From positions 1 through 29,403 of IMG/VR virus record IMGVR_UViG_3300032295_001396: a stretch of 29,403 nt of DNA; one strand, written 5' to 3'. The DNA is from a virus (taxonomy: Duplodnaviria; Caudoviricetes). The notes under the pieces are model-generated. The model worked only from the letters and a program-made list of their open reading frames with translations, did not search any database and was not told the origin of the DNA. A program made the translations under genes and the position numbers. Of the stretch, positions 25,505-29,403 are shown piece by piece (within the stretch, counting starts at the first letter, position 1; each line of letters opens with the position of its first letter).

Positions 25505-27112
25505 TTATCCTTGTGCTCTAAAGCGTTTAACATCAGCATATCTCAAGTCAAATGTGTATTGAAATATCTTCTGGTATTGTCTTTGGAACTTTTTTAATTC
25601 TCTGTTTTCCAACACAACTGGTAATAGGTATTGGTATTGTCTAATCTCACCCAAACAACTCTCACAATTCTCAATATCAGGTTGAGCACATGGGTCAATC
25701 ATTTCTGTTGTCCCCTCTATGATATACACTTCAGGTGATAAGAATATTTCCTCTACAACAACTGTATCTTCATCAGTCATAAAGTTAGACATACATTCTA
25801 TCTTGTAAGTAGCATTTTGGTCGTAAATTGTTATACCTCTTTGTGATGAACCCCTTGAGTAATATGACTTGTCTAATGAACTCTCTTGTCTGTATTGTTT
25901 TCTCTCTGTCTCAAATGTCTTACTTGATTTCTTACCGAATGTGTATGTGTCCCACTGCCCTCTACCATTCAAGAACAATAGATGTATTGGTTGGTTGATA
26001 CAATCGGGGTCTTCCATATAGAACTCAAGTATCTCACTCGTTCTTGCCGAGAAGTTCATATCAGTTCCATTAGTTAAATAGAAACATAATTTCTGTGCGT
26101 CCTGTGGTATTACATTCGTTCCTGATTGTGTAATGTTCCACGGCATATAGAACACAGCATTCTTCCATATATCATAGTTGTTTGTGATAGTGGAGTTGTT
26201 TGCTGTAAATGCTGAATAAGTGTAGTTTTGACCTTGAAAATCAGCACCTCTTACTACTACCCTTGTAGTTTGGTTAGTAAAATAGTCGTTTTGTCCGTCT
26301 AAAAATGAAATCACAATAGGACAATCGGGGTGATGTTGTCTTCTTCTTACTCTCTGTGATACGAAACCATCTTGTGATATTGTCTTGTATTCTCTACCAC
26401 CAGCATTTAGAAACTCACGAGGCCCACAAGTTGTGTCGTCCCCTTGTCTGTATATGTGTCTAAACAAGTCATAGTAATACCACGACTGATTATCTACTTG
26501 GAAAAAGTTAGGGGATTGTGTGTATCCTGAACCTAATGTTGCTCCTGATAGGTAAGGTGATGGGATAAGTTTATTATCCACACCAGGAAATATGTTGATT
26601 GCGTCAGGTTGATATGAACCTAACAAATCCATATCTAATACTATTGAGTTTGTTGTAGTGTCTTCGTATTCACAACCCACCTTTACGATGTATTGTTCTG
26701 CGTGCCATAAAACAGGTAATGTTTGTGATAGGTTATTCCCGTTGAATGTGTTAAACGCATTTAATGTTCTTGTATTTGTAGCATCACTCATAGTCAATAC
26801 AGAGTTTTCCTGTGCTACATAGTTTAGATACGGATATGTTGTCCCCGAAAATCTTGGGTTGGCTTTGAGGAATGTTCTAACTATCTCTTCTAACTCAACG
26901 ATTGCTTTACCATAAGAATTGGGACGAACCTTTAATCTTGTAGTAGGTTGAGGATTACCAGAGAAGTTTATACTACTCGGTCTAAAATAGACATCAATTA
27001 CAAACTTGAAGTTCTGTAATGTGTATCCTGTTGATGATAAGGTGTAGATATGCTCACCATTACTTGGGGTAATTGTTAGAGGTGATTGTTCTACATTTAT
27101 TATTACACTCAT
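25505..27112 (-). CDS. Distal tail (Dit)-like structural protein
   Basis: C-terminal FLN..G.WD..F.K..R..Y..S..T.E..EEIF.SPEVY pattern; position between the neck genes and the hub. Confidence 0.6.
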   Translation of the reverse strand: MSVIINVEQSPLTITPSNGEHIYTLSSTGYTLQNFKFVIDVYFRPSSINFSGNPQPTTRLKVRPNSYGKAIVELEEIVRTFLKANPRFSGTTYPYLNYVAQENSVLTMSDATNTRTLNAFNTFNGNNLSQTLPVLWHAEQYIVKVGCEYEDTTTNSIVLDMDLLGSYQPDAINIFPGVDNKLIPSPYLSGATLGSGYTQSPNFFQVDNQSWYYYDLFRHIYRQGDDTTCGPREFLNAGGREYKTISQDGFVSQRVRRRQHHPDCPIVISFLDGQNDYFTNQTTRVVVRGADFQGQNYTYSAFTANNSTITNNYDIWKNAVFYMPWNITQSGTNVIPQDAQKLCFYLTNGTDMNFSARTSEILEFYMEDPDCINQPIHLLFLNGRGQWDTYTFGKKSSKTFETERKQYRQESSLDKSYYSRGSSQRGITIYDQNATYKIECMSNFMTDEDTVVVEEIFLSPEVYIIEGTTEMIDPCAQPDIENCESCLGEIRQYQYLLPVVLENRELKKFQRQYQKIFQYTFDLRYADVKRFRAQG

Positions 27113-27113
27113 A

Positions 27114-27677
27114 TTATTCTGGTTGTTGAATTATGTTGATTAGGAATTGTTGTAAGTCCATTCCAAGTTGTGCTGCTGGCCCATCAGGTTTATTGAACTC
27201 TTTAATGAATATATCAAAACTATCATCGTAGAAGTTTGTAGGTTGAATACCATTTTCTTTGATTGATTTTGATATTGCGAATGCTACACCTTTAATATTG
27301 AACTTCTTAAATCTACCTTTTGGGTCTCTATTTAACCCCTTCGTTCTCATCCACGCCATCAAAGGTTTTAATGGAACATACTTACCTGGCTGTCTTCCAT
27401 CATTTACATACTTCCAATATTCTAACATGGAGACCTTCATTCTGTTCGTAGCGGGGTCAAATGAAACATTTATGGAGTTGTATAGGTTCCCCGTTTTAAC
27501 CTTCATGTTCCTCTTACCTGTTGATGGTTTTTGACCGAAGTATCCTGGTGCGTATGGATAAGGTTTAGCAAGGTTATTCTTTAATGCTTCTTGAAACTTC
27601 GCAGCAAGTTCCTCCATAGCCGCATCAAAGTTCGGTTGTGGTATTGCTTGAAACGAATAGAATTGATAATTACTCAC
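27114..27677 (-). CDS. Neck/tail completion protein (HK97 gp10-like)
   Basis: TGNLYNSI, EYWKYVNDGRQPG, AFAISKSI..GI.PT.F. Confidence 0.6.
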   Translation of the reverse strand: MSNYQFYSFQAIPQPNFDAAMEELAAKFQEALKNNLAKPYPYAPGYFGQKPSTGKRNMKVKTGNLYNSINVSFDPATNRMKVSMLEYWKYVNDGRQPGKYVPLKPLMAWMRTKGLNRDPKGRFKKFNIKGVAFAISKSIKENGIQPTNFYDDSFDIFIKEFNKPDGPAAQLGMDLQQFLINIIQQPE

Positions 27678-28218
27678 TTACTCCGTCGCTATTATTGTCG
27701 CAAGGTGGAAACTCTGCGTATGGTGCTATACACCTGTTTATTGCGTCAGGAACTCTCAATCTTATCTTACCACTCCAACCATTTACATAGTCGTCGTAAG
27801 CCTCACCAAATGGGGTCATATCAATAGGATAATCTATATCCAACTGGCAATAACATTCCATTCCTGTTGCGTATTTTAATTGAGCAATAACATCTTTAAG
27901 GATGTCTAATGTATCACTATAAGTGTCTAACTCATTATCAAAGTTTTTCACATTCTGTATATCCATAATTAGGATGTTGAACTCATAGGTAGTTTCTTTA
28001 CCATCTGTTCTTGCTAATTCAGGTATTACCCACATAGCAGGATAGAATGGGGCTTGATTGATTTGTGTATTGTCCTGCTTCAATCTCATCTCTGTTTGAT
28101 AGATAAGTTGTTCTACATCACCAAATCCCCACGATTGTATTTGCTCATGGTAATCTGCTAATTGTCTCAACAAGTCCATTATCTTTTTATAGTTATAGTA
28201 TCCTACTGCGTTTGCCAT
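27670..28218 (-). CDS. Tail terminator-like protein
   Basis: Acidic, 182 aa; YP.MWV.P, F.ILIMD, SDTL.IL.D, PF.E..DD.V.GW. Confidence 0.55.
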   Translation of the reverse strand: MANAVGYYNYKKIMDLLRQLADYHEQIQSWGFGDVEQLIYQTEMRLKQDNTQINQAPFYPAMWVIPELARTDGKETTYEFNILIMDIQNVKNFDNELDTYSDTLDILKDVIAQLKYATGMECYCQLDIDYPIDMTPFGEAYDDYVNGWSGKIRLRVPDAINRCIAPYAEFPPCDNNSDGVSE

Positions 28219-28219
28219 A

Positions 28220-28504
28220 TTATCTGTTTTTCATTTGTTGTTGTATCTTCTGTTGTTCTCTTCTTCTTATATCGTTTAAGTCCTTTTGATATGATAAATA
28301 GTTGAGAACAAAAACTAACGGATATTTAGTAATTTCTTCAATTTTAGTAATGTCTTCGTTCGCAAGCGAGACCAAAGTAGCAAACCAACCCCAGAACTTA
28401 TCAAAGGAACGAACTTCACGAGTATCCAAATCATCTTTGCCATCAGTTTCAACCTGACCCAAAAAGAGGCCTGAAAATTGCCTGATAAGGTTTTGCCTAA
28501 ATGA
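28220..28504 (-). CDS. -1 frame extension of the tail assembly chaperone (G-T type fusion, ~262 aa total)
   Basis: -1 frame is open from the T10 tract: SFRQNLIRQFSGLFLGQVET..FWGWFATLVSLANEDITKIEEITKYPLVFVLNYLSY; no ATG near its 5' end; stop sits 1 nt before the next ATG. Confidence 0.7.
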   Translation of the reverse strand, partial: SFRQNLIRQFSGLFLGQVETDGKDDLDTREVRSFDKFWGWFATLVSLANEDITKIEEITKYPLVFVLNYLSYQKDLNDIRRREQQKIQQQMKNR

Positions 28505-29007
28505 AAAAAAAAATTGGTAGAACCACGAACGAAACGGACAGGGAGTTTCTTGAACTCTTCTGCTTTGAGTTGTAATTCTTTTGAGTTGTAAGGTTTGTAG
28601 TTCCCGTTCTCATCTAACTCACGATATAACATCGCCATTAGAAGTGGCATATCTTTTTTTCTCTCGTGGGGTTCTTTGGTTAGGTATGTGTCTATGTCTA
28701 TAAACTCACCGAATGTTAAATTAGGTAAATCTAAAAATCTGTAGTTTTTATTGTTGAAACTGAACTCGTTGTAGAACTTGTCCCCATCTTGATTTAGAAA
28801 AGTGGAGATTTCATTAGATATTTTGACTACCTCCATGTAATCACTATTCTCAATCTCTTCTTCGGTAAGTCCTGTTGAGAATGATAATAACTTCACGCAA
28901 AACTCTCTCTCATCAGTCCATTCTTGTAATAGAACAAGTTTAGACCACATCTCAACTGTAGGTTCATCAACAGTATATTCTTTGTTTTTGTAATTAAACT
29001 TCATCAT
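28315..29007 (-). CDS. Tail assembly chaperone-like protein
   Basis: L.NLTFGEFIDIDTY..MAMLYR..NFFF pattern with a slippery tract; upstream of the tail completion genes. Confidence 0.65.
   Translation of the reverse strand: MMKFNYKNKEYTVDEPTVEMWSKLVLLQEWTDEREFCVKLLSFSTGLTEEEIENSDYMEVVKISNEISTFLNQDGDKFYNEFSFNNKNYRFLDLPNLTFGEFIDIDTYLTKEPHERKKDMPLLMAMLYRELDENGNYKPYNSKELQLKAEEFKKLPVRFVRGSTNFFFHLGKTLSGNFQASFWVRLKLMAKMIWILVKFVPLISSGVGLLLWSRLRTKTLLKLKKLLNIR
28504..28513 (-). other. Slippery T10 tract (candidate programmed -1 frameshift)
   Basis: ACC AAT TTT TTT TTT CAT contains X XXY YYZ heptamers in the correct frame. Confidence 0.7.
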
Positions 29008-29043
29008 ATAGAAATATCTTTTTTGTATTTTTTATCCACAACT

Positions 29044-29403
29044 TTATCTTACCACATAGGTTCCATAGGTTGCCTTTTTCTTGAACGAGTGATACGATAA
29101 TGCGAGGGATATTACAGTATCGTCGTGAAACCCCGTAGGAGACCCATATTTGACCTTTCTTGACTTTGGTGAGTATTCGTATGTAAAAACGCTTAACTCC
29201 TTGTATAGGTCTGTATTCAACTCCTGTGTGGGTAGTTTTAATTTACTCTCGTTCATCCCCATAATCAAATCTTCAATCAGGTTCTGCTTACTATCATTAC
29301 TGGTAATGAATGGTTGAACGGAGGGGTATTGTTTTTTAATCTGTTCGTATAAGACATCACCTATACTATTCACCTCTGCGAAACATACAGGTCTCCACTT
29401 CTT
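29044..29403 (-). CDS. terL: Terminase large subunit, C-terminal nuclease domain (5' part outside the window)
   Basis: Frame open to the window end (KKWRPVCFAEVNSIGD); F.T...SK..LI, EL..F.Y, Y..P.G.HDDTVISLAL motifs. Confidence 0.88.
   Translation of the reverse strand, partial: KKWRPVCFAEVNSIGDVLYEQIKKQYPSVQPFITSNDSKQNLIEDLIMGMNESKLKLPTQELNTDLYKELSVFTYEYSPKSRKVKYGSPTGFHDDTVISLALSYHSFKKKATYGTYVVR

Larger units (their letters stand above)
1..29403 (-). mobile_element. Tailed phage (Caudoviricetes, siphovirus-like) genome segment, probable Bacteroidota host
   Basis: Co-oriented terminase, portal, protease, capsid, tail tube and tape measure genes; no sheath gene recognised; no host housekeeping genes; no integrase or att site in the window. 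Confidence 0.95.

Noticed and set aside
28-27827. Numerous plus-strand ORFs and alternative-frame minus-strand ORFs in the track (for example 16664..17047, 20225..20515, 22413..22859, 7650..7838)
   Set aside because: They lie inside well-supported genes and mirror their codon pattern (GV repeats are antisense to TP); treated as shadow ORFs
1-29403. Stop-codon reassignment as in some Bacteroidota phages
   Set aside because: Core genes are full length and tightly packed under the standard code

Overview
About 29 kb of an AT-rich tailed dsDNA phage (siphovirus-like). A Bacteroidota host is likely, judged from -33/-7 type promoters, A-rich translation starts without Shine-Dalgarno sequences, and the gene families. 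Almost all genes are on the minus strand. Reading from the right end: terminase large subunit C-terminus, tail assembly chaperone with a T10 -1 frameshift site, tail terminator and neck proteins, distal-tail-like and hub-like proteins, Pro/Thr-linker adhesin-like proteins, tape measure, XkdF-type prohead protease with a ~430-aa insertion, scaffold, major capsid, major tail tube, two more adhesin-like proteins, portal, head-tail adaptor and a holin-like gene. The left 6 kb holds small regulatory and accessory genes: a Zn-ribbon protein, a NUMOD4-HNH endonuclease, a sigma-like factor, an HTH protein and a DNA methyltransferase fused to two NUMOD1-like modules. Two observations stand out. (1) An unannotated, highly structured ~290-nt RNA candidate (5221-5510) has its own promoter and a predicted loop-loop pairing, and is followed directly by a 27-aa membrane peptide. 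(2) An [S/T]-G-x-T motif is strongly enriched in predicted outer virion proteins and absent from internal ones, which together with mucin-like Pro/Thr linkers suggests a virion modification (glycosylation) system. All family assignments come from motif recognition by eye and all counts are manual; no database search was run.
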